From Candidatus Scalinduaceae bacterium (lineage in GTDB: Bacteria; Planctomycetota; Brocadiia; Brocadiales; Scalinduaceae): a DNA stretch of 64,000 bases. The translations under genes were made by a program, and so were the position numbers. Position 1 is the first letter of the stretch, and each line of letters begins with the position of its first letter. Under the pieces are notes generated by a model, which was not told the DNA's origin, searched no databases, and worked only from the letters and a program-made list of their open reading frames with translations. Shown here piece by piece: positions 30,547-40,831 of the stretch. Location of the stretch: contig JBHICG010000001.1 of assembly GCA_046759445.1 (NCBI GenBank), positions 32,001 to 96,000 of the forward strand, written 5' to 3'.

Positions 30547-32280
30547 ATTAGATATCTAATATTATTAGCAATAGTAGCGGCCTTAACTTCTGGTGCAAAT
30601 AGCTGTCGACTTAATATCAAACCACCACCTGAGAACGCTTCTGAAAATATTAGCTATGATATTGATGATTCAGTAATACAAATACCTCTCAGTTTGGAGA
30701 CAAGTGTTCTAACTGCACATATTAAAAGAAAACTACAAAAAGAGCCCTTACTTGATGAACAATCTAATGAAATTAAAGCATCCCTTCTGGTTAAAGAAGA
30801 AGGAGACTTAAAGAAAGTAACTATTCCTGGCCACGTCGAGATAAAACATCGTGAAAAAAAGGTACGAAAAACAATGAAGGATTGTGCTCATGTTGCCGGG
30901 GATCCTCTTAAGTTAGAAGAATGCCTTAAGGAATTCAAAACTATATTGGTGCCTTACAAAGTACGGCACCAAGAGGTAAAAAAAGAAGTTAAAAGAATTA
31001 TAGACAAAACTTTACCAACTTCAGTATGGATCAATCTAACTGCAAATGTGGATGATCTTGATATTTCATTGCAGGAGAATAACTTTCGCGCTACTGTGGA
31101 CATAAACACTAATATTTCCGCTAAAGCTCAACAAGGAATTCTTGGTCCTAAAATGGATGTTAGGGGAAGCTTAAAATGTAATAGGAAGATAAAGGTATCT
31201 ATGACTGGAACAGTTAACATAACATCGGATGGTCAATTCAATCTATCAATAACTAATGAAGATATTAAGATAGAGAAACTTTGTGTTCCAAGCGCAGTTG
31301 AAGGGATCAGAGTAGCCACATATCTCGATCAACAGCTAATTATTGCTAAAGAAGCTATTCGTAGTAAAATTAAAAAGGTGTTTGATAAACTTCTTGATAA
31401 ACAGAATAGCAAGTTAAATTTCAGAGATGATATTGAGAAAGCACTTAAAACACTAAATTTGGTGCACCAATTGTCAGATAAAATTTGGCTAATTCCAAAT
31501 GTCAAATCAGCTTTTATTTCCCAAATAAAAGGTACTAATGATAGTGGTCACAATAAGCTTACTGCTGAGGTAGGAGTTATTGTTAGTCCTGAAATAGCTT
31601 ATGCAAATACTATAAACAAAACATTTCCTGAACCTATGATTAATTGGGGTGTGAAGAAACATAAAAGCGTGGTATTTCTAGCTATAGAAGGCAAAGCAAA
31701 AATATCAACAATTGAAGAGGAATTAAAAAAAGCTATAGATAACTTTATAACTATAGACAACTATGTAGCTGATAAATATGTGGATAAGGCTTACGGAACT
31801 GGTAAAGTAAGGCTTTATCCCAGCGATAAAAAAGTCACTATAGCGATAGAAATTGTTGAGAAAAAGAATGAGGAAGTAAAAGTCACTATTTATCTACAGG
31901 GAACTCCAAAATATTTTCCAGATAGAAATAAGTTTGCTTTAACGGATGTTGATTTTACAGTAGAAACCTATAATACACTAATTAATGTTATTGAATGGAT
32001 TGCTAACGCTAGATCTGAAATAATAAGTACCATCGAAAAGCATGCAGTATGGAATACAGGCGAAAATCTAGCAAAGATTAAAAATGACCTTAAACATTTT
32101 CATTATGTAAATAAAGACTATGAAGTTCGGGGAGGATTTAGTGACATTAAATATAGCGATGTATATATATCTAAACAATATTTACATGTTTATGCAGAAT
32201 TTTCTGGAAACATGACATTGAGGATTTTAAGTATTATAAGTCGATTTGGAGAAAAAGTGAGGGATAATGGCCTTAACTAA
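30547..32280 (+). CDS. DUF4403-like lipoprotein; N-terminus extends upstream of the ORF-track start (30694)
   Basis: In-frame upstream IRYLILLAIVAALTSGANSC signal/lipobox after an AAGGAG RBS; S.I.IP.S.L motif and beta-rich body. Family call tentative. Confidence 0.6.
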   Translation: MRYLILLAIVAALTSGANSCRLNIKPPPENASENISYDIDDSVIQIPLSLETSVLTAHIKRKLQKEPLLDEQSNEIKASLLVKEEGDLKKVTIPGHVEIKHREKKVRKTMKDCAHVAGDPLKLEECLKEFKTILVPYKVRHQEVKKEVKRIIDKTLPTSVWINLTANVDDLDISLQENNFRATVDINTNISAKAQQGILGPKMDVRGSLKCNRKIKVSMTGTVNITSDGQFNLSITNEDIKIEKLCVPSAVEGIRVATYLDQQLIIAKEAIRSKIKKVFDKLLDKQNSKLNFRDDIEKALKTLNLVHQLSDKIWLIPNVKSAFISQIKGTNDSGHNKLTAEVGVIVSPEIAYANTINKTFPEPMINWGVKKHKSVVFLAIEGKAKISTIEEELKKAIDNFITIDNYVADKYVDKAYGTGKVRLYPSDKKVTIAIEIVEKKNEEVKVTIYLQGTPKYFPDRNKFALTDVDFTVETYNTLINVIEWIANARSEIISTIEKHAVWNTGENLAKIKNDLKHFHYVNKDYEVRGGFSDIKYSDVYISKQYLHVYAEFSGNMTLRILSIISRFGEKVRDNGLN

Positions 32281-32499
32281 AATAGAGGTTTTTCTTTACG
32301 TATTTTCAACGATTCTGATTGGCACATAAATACAGCTTAATGTATTTTTCAATGTAGTCATTACTTTTTTGTTAGAATTTAAGAAATTTAAAAAGTGTGT
32401 CTTATATATTTTTTGTTAAATATTGATTTATTATACGATATAATTATTCCTTTTGTTAATAATTCTCTTACAATTATCTTTCACTACAGATTTTTTTTT

Positions 32500-33762
32500 C
32501 TAATTCTTAGAATCAGCTAATCGCATTTCATTATCAAGATCTTTAAGGAGGCCGTAACAAAAATCAATCTCTACATTACTTTGCCTGAGAACGTCCGCAA
32601 GTTTTGCAGCTTCCTCTTTAGTTAAATCAATTGTTACGTCCGATAATGACTCCCTCCTGTTTACTTCTTGCATCTCTTTCTCCTCTTTCAGGGTTGGAAG
32701 TACAATTGAAAACTCTTCATCGAATAAAAATTCTTCATCGAAATCAATGTTTTCGACATGTGTTCTTTCACGGTTTTCGTCAAGCGTCCTTTCGCGTGCC
32801 GCAATCTCACTCTGAGATGACTCTTTTTTCTTATGAGCAACGCTCATGTTATGAAGTATCTCTTTATCTCCTGGTTGTTTTACTAGTATTTGTGCATATT
32901 CGCTGATGGCTTCGTCATACATTTTGTTTTGTAAGTAAGCGACTCCGAGATTATAACGTGCATCTAACATATCCGGATTTATTTCAAGCGCTTTTTCCCA
33001 TGCAGAAACAGCCTCGCTTAACATTCCTTTTTCATCATATGCATTTCCAATATTGTAATAAGTGTCTGCAGAGTTTGGATTAATATCAATTCCCTTTTCC
33101 CATGTATCTATTGCCTCATCAAACAAGCCTTTATAGAATAAAATAAAACCTAAATTAGTATAGGCATCAACGTAATTGTTGTTTATGTTTATGGCTTTTT
33201 TATATAATGAAAGCGCTTCATCTATCATATTATTATCATAATAGGCATTTCCCAGGCTATAATACGCTTCTGCATAATCAGGTTTCAGTCTTATTGCATT
33301 ATTAAATTCCTTGATTGCATTATCTATTTCATCTATATTTGTATACGCAATGCCGAGGTGGTAACGGACTTCTGGGTCATCCGGATTAATTTCAATTGCC
33401 TTTTTATATGTAGTTATGGCTTTTTCAAACATGCCGTTTTTAATATATGCAACCCCTATATTAAAATATGCATCTGTGTCTGAGGGAGTAATTTCTGTCA
33501 CCTTTTCCCATGCCGATATTGCCTCTTCTATCATACCCTTTTCCTCATAAGCATTTCCTAAATTATAGTAAGCGACTACATATTCTGGATCAAGCTCTAT
33601 TGCCTTTTTCCATGCTGTAATTGCATCATCTATTACGCCTCTATCATAGAAAGATACCCCAAGGTCGTAATAAAAATCAGGATCATTTTCGCAATAAACT
33701 ATATTTTTTTGTAATGTAAAAACCGAAAAGATAACTAATAATGTGATTATGTGCTTTTTCAT
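32500..33762 (-). CDS. Exported TPR-repeat protein with acidic tail
   Basis: Signal peptide and about 8 tandem 34-aa 'AYYNLG.AY...G...EAI..W.KA.EI.P' repeats. Confidence 0.9.
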   Translation of the reverse strand: MKKHIITLLVIFSVFTLQKNIVYCENDPDFYYDLGVSFYDRGVIDDAITAWKKAIELDPEYVVAYYNLGNAYEEKGMIEEAISAWEKVTEITPSDTDAYFNIGVAYIKNGMFEKAITTYKKAIEINPDDPEVRYHLGIAYTNIDEIDNAIKEFNNAIRLKPDYAEAYYSLGNAYYDNNMIDEALSLYKKAININNNYVDAYTNLGFILFYKGLFDEAIDTWEKGIDINPNSADTYYNIGNAYDEKGMLSEAVSAWEKALEINPDMLDARYNLGVAYLQNKMYDEAISEYAQILVKQPGDKEILHNMSVAHKKKESSQSEIAARERTLDENRERTHVENIDFDEEFLFDEEFSIVLPTLKEEKEMQEVNRRESLSDVTIDLTKEEAAKLADVLRQSNVEIDFCYGLLKDLDNEMRLADSKN

Positions 33763-35071
33763 TTTATGGAATTTTACAAAATATTTAATTTGCTAGTTGA
33801 ATGTAGCTAGTAATTATTCTCATGCTACCAGTCAGATGGTTTTTGAGGCAAACGTTACAGTTTTGAATATATATTGATATATTGTATACAATTTTAACAC
33901 ATATCATGCCAAAGTGATTGCGTTTAAAAGAAAAGTCATAAGTTGTTAAACAAAAAGGCTTATATAATTAGAGGAATTTTAGAAAGCCAAAATATGATTA
34001 AAGTGTGTCTATTTATAAAACATTTTGTCAGTTTACCGTTGACACATGTAATAACGAAGGAACTTAATCATTTACTGATCCATCTTTTTATTTACCACAG
34101 TTATAACAACGTCTTTTGCTTAAAAAATATAAGCAAAATGCTTTCCATTTATGTGACAAAATGCAATATAAAGCAAATATTTCTATAAGTTATGGCTTAT
34201 ATATACCTCCCCACTCTACCTGCATCTAAAAAAGAAGCCGTATTACCCCACGCATGAATTTTCTAATCAGCGAGTGTAAACAATGTACACCAAAACGTAA
34301 CTAGCAGCGATTAAAACTTTAGTATGATTTTAAATCGAGTCGTTTGTTTATAAGACGGGAATACATATAAAATACGAATGGTCAGGAACAACACCATAAT
34401 TTGTATCTATCTCTATATTCAATGTTTAATAAAACACGGGCATCATTTTTGCGAAAATATGTAAAAAGTGCTGTAAATTTTGCGTTAACCTTTCTAAACA
34501 GTATTATTTTGAAACAGGCTAACTCCTTATATGACAATAATACAAATAATATTCATTTCATGAAATACTTTAAGTTTATTTTAGCAGATTGTGTAAAAAT
34601 GAAACAATATTTGAATAAATATTAAACACATATTCTATCTTACCGAATTTATTTTATTATAGCTTGCTATTAATCTTAAATAATTAAATAAACGTGAAAA
34701 TGGCATGGGAAGCGTAATAGCAAGCAATTCGTTCTGGTCCATACATGAAATATCGTTGAAAACAATCTTTGCTATTTTTTATAAACAATTAAAGGGAGTA
34801 TGTCTATAAGTCAGAGGCTGTTTTGAAGACTATAGTTCTTACTGCGAGACAGTTGACACGAATAAATAGGAAACAAGTGTCCTTTTGATAAATAGATTGC
34901 ACAATTTATAACCAAAGTGCAAAAGATGCATGATATAGTTTATCAGGAGAAGATATTATTTAAGATTATCAAAAGAAACTCCTATTGAATTACACCCGTA
35001 GAAGACGAAGATATAAGAGAATGTGTATAAAAAGGCTGAAAACATTCTTTTTAGTATAGAAAGGAAAAAAT

Positions 35072-36937
35072 ATGAAGATTTATATTGAACCAAACAAGAA
35101 TACCAAAGGTATACTATTATTTTTTATTACGCTATCTATTTCTGTATTTTGTCTAAATCATGTTGCATACACCTTCGAAGAAGTAAAATTTGTTCGGGAG
35201 TTAAGAACAGAATTAAAAGAACCTATCGATACTGCTGTATCACAAACAGGAGATGTGTATGTATTAGATAAAAAGTTATGTAAAGTGTTTGTTTTTGATC
35301 CTGAGGGAAAAATCAAGTTTAGCTTTGGAAAAGAAGGTTCACAGTTAGGAGAGCTTGACGAACCTCAATCCTTAGCTCTTTCTCTTAATGGTGAAATCGT
35401 CGTCTCTGATACCGGCAATAGCCGTGTACAGGTTTATGGGCCTAGCGGCCATTTCGCTTATGAAATAGGGAATCTAGGAACAGGCCCCGGTGAATTTAAA
35501 TCACCGAATAGTGTGGCTGTCGATCAATCAGGAAATATATACGTTGCCGATATTGCGTATAGAACAATTTCAAAATTTAGCCCTAATGGATGTTTTCTAA
35601 AAGCCTGGTCTGTTAAGCATGAACCCACAGACATTGTATTTGACGCAGAACAAAACATGTATGTTTTATTTGCTGAAGGTGGGAAGGTTGTTAAGTATCC
35701 TTCTCATAGCGGCAAAATTCAGGAGATAACCTTAAGTGATGACACTCGCAATTATATTTCTAGTGCAGCTAGCCTAGCTGTTGATATGCGGGGTGATATA
35801 TATCTTATGGAACTTGGCAATCACAGTGTTATCAAGATAGGTCAGAATGAAAGCTTCCTATTAGAGTTTGGCTCGAAGGGTGTGGGCAAAGGACAGTTTG
35901 ACAAACCGGCAGGTATTACGGCTGATAGTCAAGGAAACATTTATATAGCTGATTCGAGAAATAAAAGGGTGCAAGTATTAAATATCTCTGGAAGCCAAAA
36001 AGAGGGTTTGAAACCAGCCGGATACATACTACCCGTAATCGATTATGAAAAGTCCATTTATACGGGAGATACGGTTGTCGATATAAATTACGTCCCCAAT
36101 CAAGGTCTTTATGTCCTCCGTGATCATAATGCTCAGATTCTGTTAAAAGGAGAGAATAGTAAACGCATAGGAAAGTCAGATAAAAATGGTGTTAAACTAA
36201 GAAATCCTATGGCGCTTTATGCGTCTGATGATGGAAAGATTCTCGTTGCTGATACAGGGAACCATAGATTGTTATTTTTAAATCAGGATGGTACATACAT
36301 TTATCATTTCGGCAGAAAAGGGGATGATCGTAGTGAATTTAATGCCCTTCAGGGGGTTGCCGCTGATAAACAAGGTTATATTTATGTGGCTGATACGAAT
36401 AATAACCGCATTCAAGTCTTTAACGGTGACGGGATCTTTTTAAAATCCTTCGGGAAGAAAAGTGAGCAGATTGATGAACATGGCGCTGCACAGGGAACTT
36501 TTTTAAAACCGAAAGACTTAGTTTTTAATTCCAAGGAGCATCTTTATGTTCTTGATTATAAGAATAAACGAATTCAGATCTTCGAAAAAAATGGTAAGTA
36601 TTTAAAAGAAATTGGTGATATGCATGATGGAATGCGATTTATTGAACCGATAGATATTGATATTGATGAAAAAGATTATTTGTATGTCGCCGATAGAGGA
36701 AGCCACTCCATTAAGATATTTGACCCGCAAGGAAAATTCGTTATACAATTTGGTTCATCTGGTAAAGGTCCCAGTTATTTTCCACAAATCTCGGCAATAG
36801 CTAGTTCAAATAATAAAATCTATGTATCCGATTACAGCCTTAACAGTATAAAGGTGTTTGGTTTTAAACCGAAGACGGAAAACAAAGAAGAATTCAATTA
36901 TCTCACAAGGGTATCGTATCACACTCATTTTCAATAA
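35072..36937 (+). CDS. Exported NHL-repeat (beta-propeller) protein
   Basis: Repeated G..G.G.GEF..P..VA.D..GNIYVAD..N.RVQVF. Confidence 0.9.
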   Translation: MKIYIEPNKNTKGILLFFITLSISVFCLNHVAYTFEEVKFVRELRTELKEPIDTAVSQTGDVYVLDKKLCKVFVFDPEGKIKFSFGKEGSQLGELDEPQSLALSLNGEIVVSDTGNSRVQVYGPSGHFAYEIGNLGTGPGEFKSPNSVAVDQSGNIYVADIAYRTISKFSPNGCFLKAWSVKHEPTDIVFDAEQNMYVLFAEGGKVVKYPSHSGKIQEITLSDDTRNYISSAASLAVDMRGDIYLMELGNHSVIKIGQNESFLLEFGSKGVGKGQFDKPAGITADSQGNIYIADSRNKRVQVLNISGSQKEGLKPAGYILPVIDYEKSIYTGDTVVDINYVPNQGLYVLRDHNAQILLKGENSKRIGKSDKNGVKLRNPMALYASDDGKILVADTGNHRLLFLNQDGTYIYHFGRKGDDRSEFNALQGVAADKQGYIYVADTNNNRIQVFNGDGIFLKSFGKKSEQIDEHGAAQGTFLKPKDLVFNSKEHLYVLDYKNKRIQIFEKNGKYLKEIGDMHDGMRFIEPIDIDIDEKDYLYVADRGSHSIKIFDPQGKFVIQFGSSGKGPSYFPQISAIASSNNKIYVSDYSLNSIKVFGFKPKTENKEEFNYLTRVSYHTHFQ

Positions 36938-37355
36938 TTCAAGGAACAAATTGCCTGAATTCACTATTGATTTCTGTTTTGCTTATTCCTGTACTATTAA
37001 TGCCTGAGGCAGTATTTTAAAATAAAATGCTCTACTAATGTCTATTTTTTGTTTTCATGAATATTAATTAATACCTTTTAGTGTGGTGTCCAAAGTGTCG
37101 ATTTAAGATTTTAAAGGGAAAATTTAGCAAGTCGGTACGAGATATAATAAAACAACTATGTGAATAGAAGAAGGTAGAAATATTGGAAAGGAATGTGCAA
37201 AAAACCGTGTCTACTTGGTATTGTCATTTCTACCAAAATACTTGATTGCATAAATAACGGTTTTTTAAAGGTAAGAGTGTAATAAGTATATTCGATAAGT
37301 ATACGGAATTGGAAAATCGATACTGGACAGACTTTTTTGGAAGAAAGGATACTGT

Positions 37356-38615
37356 TTGAGTACAATAGGTCTTGATAAGGGTAAAATCAGTAAATATGTA
37401 AGATGGTATATGTTCCTAAAATCGTACTTTGATTACAAAAACAAAACTATCTTTGCTTATCTTACCATAATATCTTGTTTATTACATATTGTCTTTATCT
37501 TCTCTTCTTCCAGTTTAAGTTACTTTCTAAGATCAGAATTTGATCTTAATGATTATGTATCACAGACGAGTAACTATGTGATTGAGATAGAACTTGAAAC
37601 AGAAAGAGAGGAAGAAGAAAACGAGGAAGGCGAAGAAATATCAAAAGAAGAGGAAAAGGCCAAAGAAGATTTGTCTAAAGAGAAAAGACAACTTTTTGTA
37701 GATACGTCTGATAAGATAACTGACGAGGAACCTGAAGCAGATACTGATAGAATAGGAGAGAAGGGTTCAATAGCAAAAGATATGTATACTGGAAAAGATA
37801 ACATAAATAATGATCCTAGATTAACGGGTGATGTTAAATTACTTGCCAACGTTCCAGATGAACTTATATCTGCAAAACCTCAGGGGGAAGGCTTAACAAT
37901 GGAGGGTAGAGAGGATGTTCAACCTTTAGTTGATGAGAAAATGGATTATAGTTTATCCGATATGGATAACAGTGAAATAAAATCAACGGACAGTGAGGTA
38001 TCTAATGAGATGTTAGACGAATCTGTTGTTCAAGAAGACACAAAGATGGAAGATGAAAAAGAAGTTATAGAGGAAAGTAAGGATGAAATAGCTGAGGTTG
38101 CTAAGGAATATACAGAAATAGCATCAATCCCCAAAAACAGAATAATAGAAACAATTGAAGGTAGCAAAGAAAGTGTTTCTAATAAGGTTCAAAACGATGA
38201 GGTTCTACCTGAATCTCAAATAAATAATAATATACCTTACGGTGACGATACTCCCTTTTTTGAGGATAATATATCAAATGCATCAGTTCAAGGTGAGGGA
38301 TCTTTTAATATAAAGAAACATGAATACGCACAATATTATAAACACATAAGAGATCAGATAAGATCGTATTGGTTATTACAATACGGAACGGATGCATCTA
38401 TTAATCTGGTAACAAAGAGTTACGAACCTATAATTGTTGAATTTAAAGTAATCTCTTCAGGCAAAATAGTTAATGTTGTAATTGACAATGCGGCAGGTAA
38501 TGAACTGTTAGCGTCTAAGATGCAAGCCTCAGTTAAAAATACTATTTTGAAAGTGTTCCCGAATTATGTTGATGAAAAGTATATAAATGTCAAATTTAAT
38601 TTTTATTTCTTTTAA
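37356..38615 (+). CDS. TonB/TolA-like energy transducer (start probably ATG 37410)
   Basis: TM with S-x3-H (ISCLLH), long acidic linker, C-terminal Y...I...I...W..V.F.V..SG domain; precedes exbB/exbD. Confidence 0.7.
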   Translation: MSTIGLDKGKISKYVRWYMFLKSYFDYKNKTIFAYLTIISCLLHIVFIFSSSSLSYFLRSEFDLNDYVSQTSNYVIEIELETEREEEENEEGEEISKEEEKAKEDLSKEKRQLFVDTSDKITDEEPEADTDRIGEKGSIAKDMYTGKDNINNDPRLTGDVKLLANVPDELISAKPQGEGLTMEGREDVQPLVDEKMDYSLSDMDNSEIKSTDSEVSNEMLDESVVQEDTKMEDEKEVIEESKDEIAEVAKEYTEIASIPKNRIIETIEGSKESVSNKVQNDEVLPESQINNNIPYGDDTPFFEDNISNASVQGEGSFNIKKHEYAQYYKHIRDQIRSYWLLQYGTDASINLVTKSYEPIIVEFKVISSGKIVNVVIDNAAGNELLASKMQASVKNTILKVFPNYVDEKYINVKFNFYFF

Positions 38616-38618
38616 AAT

Positions 38619-39290
38619 GTGGAGGGTAATATAATGGAATGGCTGGCGGGCGGTGGCCCAATAATGATACCTTTATTTATTTGTTCTGTTCTGGCACTTG
38701 CAGTTATTCTGGAGTGCGCCATAAATCTTAGAAGAAACCATATTATAAAACCAGAACTAGTTGATTTGGTAAATGCTATTAAGGGGAAAGGAGATATTAA
38801 AATAATCCCTAACAAATGCAATGCTATAAGGGGTCCATTTTCCAATATTATTAAGCGAGCAATCTCAAATAATCATTTATCAAGAGAAGAGAAGTTGTTG
38901 GATATACAGGCCGCAGGTAGGCAAGAGGGCAGAACATTGGAACGAAAGTTAATAATACTGGAAATCATCACCGCAATAGCACCACTTCTTGGATTGCTTG
39001 GAACGGTACTTGGTATGAGTCAGGTCTTTGGTGTAATATCAGATATAGGATTAGGTCAAACAAAGGCATTTTCTGGGGGAATTGCACAAGCTCTCAGGAC
39101 TACAATCATCGGGCTGAGCGTCGCAATACCATCTTTAATAGCTTATAGTAGTTTTGATAAAAAAGTTGATCGCCTGATACTCGAGATGGAGAAGTATTCC
39201 ATGTTGCTTCTAAACAAGATTTATTCTAAAGAAGAAAGCAGACCAGAGATGCTTAGTGTAAAAGAGTCTGATGCGGTTTACGCCGGTTAG
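38619..39290 (+). CDS. exbB: MotA/TolQ/ExbB proton channel
   Basis: GG.IM.PL, APLLGLLGTV.GM, GIAQAL.TT..GL.VAIP. Confidence 0.9.
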   Translation: MEGNIMEWLAGGGPIMIPLFICSVLALAVILECAINLRRNHIIKPELVDLVNAIKGKGDIKIIPNKCNAIRGPFSNIIKRAISNNHLSREEKLLDIQAAGRQEGRTLERKLIILEIITAIAPLLGLLGTVLGMSQVFGVISDIGLGQTKAFSGGIAQALRTTIIGLSVAIPSLIAYSSFDKKVDRLILEMEKYSMLLLNKIYSKEESRPEMLSVKESDAVYAG

Positions 39291-39370
39291 ATAAGAAATT
39301 ATCTAATGGAGCAGTTTTTGTTCTATTTATATCACAGATTTTATTTGATGCTTTATCTAGTGAGGAAACT

Positions 39371-39787
39371 ATGCAATTTCGTCAAAAACGCTTTATAAAA
39401 CCAGTAATAAATATTACCCCCCTAGTGGATGTTCTCTTTTTACTCTTAATCTTTTTTATGGTTACATCTACATTTGTTGAACAGCCAAATATCAAATTAG
39501 AACTACCTTCTACAAAACATTCCGAAGCAAGTAAGATAGAAAGAATGGTATTAACCATCTCTCGTGAAGGACATTTATTTTTACAAAATAATCCTGTTGA
39601 TAAAAAAAATCTTGAGAAAGTTCTAAGAAGGTCAATTTTGGACAGAGGAGATGATACGCTGGTTGTAAAGGCTGATAAATGGGTACCTTATGGTGTTGTA
39701 ATAGATATCATGGATGATGCGAAATGGGCGGGGTTTAGGAAAATAATTGCTCCAACAATCTTGGAGGGTAAAGTAAAGGTACAATAG
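39371..39787 (+). CDS. exbD: ExbD/TolR
   Basis: INITPLVDVLFLLLIFFMVT, ADK.V.YG.V. Confidence 0.92.
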   Translation: MQFRQKRFIKPVINITPLVDVLFLLLIFFMVTSTFVEQPNIKLELPSTKHSEASKIERMVLTISREGHLFLQNNPVDKKNLEKVLRRSILDRGDDTLVVKADKWVPYGVVIDIMDDAKWAGFRKIIAPTILEGKVKVQ

Positions 39788-39903
39788 CTATTCAGCCACA
39801 AAATATAAAGACACCAATGTTGTGTGAATTAAGGGTTATCAGTCACTATAATCACTTTGTGGGGAGAAATTGGTGTAGTAATTGGATTAAGGTAAAATAG
39901 TAA

Positions 39904-39990
39904 AATGACTATTGAGCTTACTCCGAATAACATTTGCAAAACCCTCATTCTAATAAATAATACGTTAGGAAATATTAAGCAAAATTGAAG
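39904..39990 (+). repeat. Truncated copy of the 27718 MITE
   Basis: AATGACTATTGAGCTTACTCCGAATAACATTTGCA aligns to the left arm of the 27718 element. Confidence 0.7.
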
Positions 39991-40119
39991 CACAATAGCA
40001 ATGTAAATGCGTATAGTATTGTGACCTTGATAAAGTAGTTTCCCTTTCTATGCTTCTTATTTTTTCATTTTGAAAATCCTTTTCCTGTAGATACCCACGA
40101 GTAAGTCAGTGGAACTCTG

Positions 40120-40662
40120 CTATGGCTTAGAACGTTGTTCTTCTATTTTACGGCTAGTGTAATCCATGAGTCGTTTTCTAATTTCTTTTGCAAGTGAACG
40201 TAGTTTTGCTTCTATATCACTGATGTCAGATTTAAGTTGGTTTGCGATAGGTATTATTGCTGCATGGTTAATTTTAGTGATTTTCTGATTTACTCTCTTC
40301 AGAAAACTATCTGCTAATGTTAGCCATATTTGAGCATATCTTTGGAGAAATCTTGATGCCATCAGTTTGTCAGTTTCACACACGGTATTGTCATATATAG
40401 TTAGGAGGTCATGAAGATGTTCTAGTGTATGTACGCACTCTCTTGCAATCCCAGAGAGTCCCCTTGTATATATTTCATCATACATCTCTAGCTCACCAGA
40501 GTTGATTAAATCTGTAAAAGCATTCGAATAATTCACTATTTTACCTAAGGACTGTTTAATATCCTGTTCCATTTCTTTGGGAGATATTTCAGCCCACACG
40601 GATTTTATGGACAGAGTGATAATTATCACGAACATAAGTGTAACTGATTTCAAAATATTCAT
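40120..40662 (-). CDS. Hypothetical exported helical protein
   Basis: Signal peptide ending VWA; all-alpha composition. Confidence 0.7.
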   Translation of the reverse strand: MNILKSVTLMFVIIITLSIKSVWAEISPKEMEQDIKQSLGKIVNYSNAFTDLINSGELEMYDEIYTRGLSGIARECVHTLEHLHDLLTIYDNTVCETDKLMASRFLQRYAQIWLTLADSFLKRVNQKITKINHAAIIPIANQLKSDISDIEAKLRSLAKEIRKRLMDYTSRKIEEQRSKP

Positions 40663-40831
40663 ATAAGCTTCCTTATGTGTAAATTGTCAGAATTCTTCAT
40701 GTATCTATGTTTCTTCAAGTATTCTTGAAATACGTTTCTTATTATCTGTGCCTATTTTATAAAACAAAGATGAGTGTTTCGAGACATGCTATTTGTGCAA
40801 GTAAAGTCTATGTTATTGTAAAGATAACTAA

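Noticed and set aside
33943..34625. Short ORFs of 81 and 74 aa in the long intergenic region
   Set aside because: TTG starts, no RBS, low-complexity AT-driven composition.
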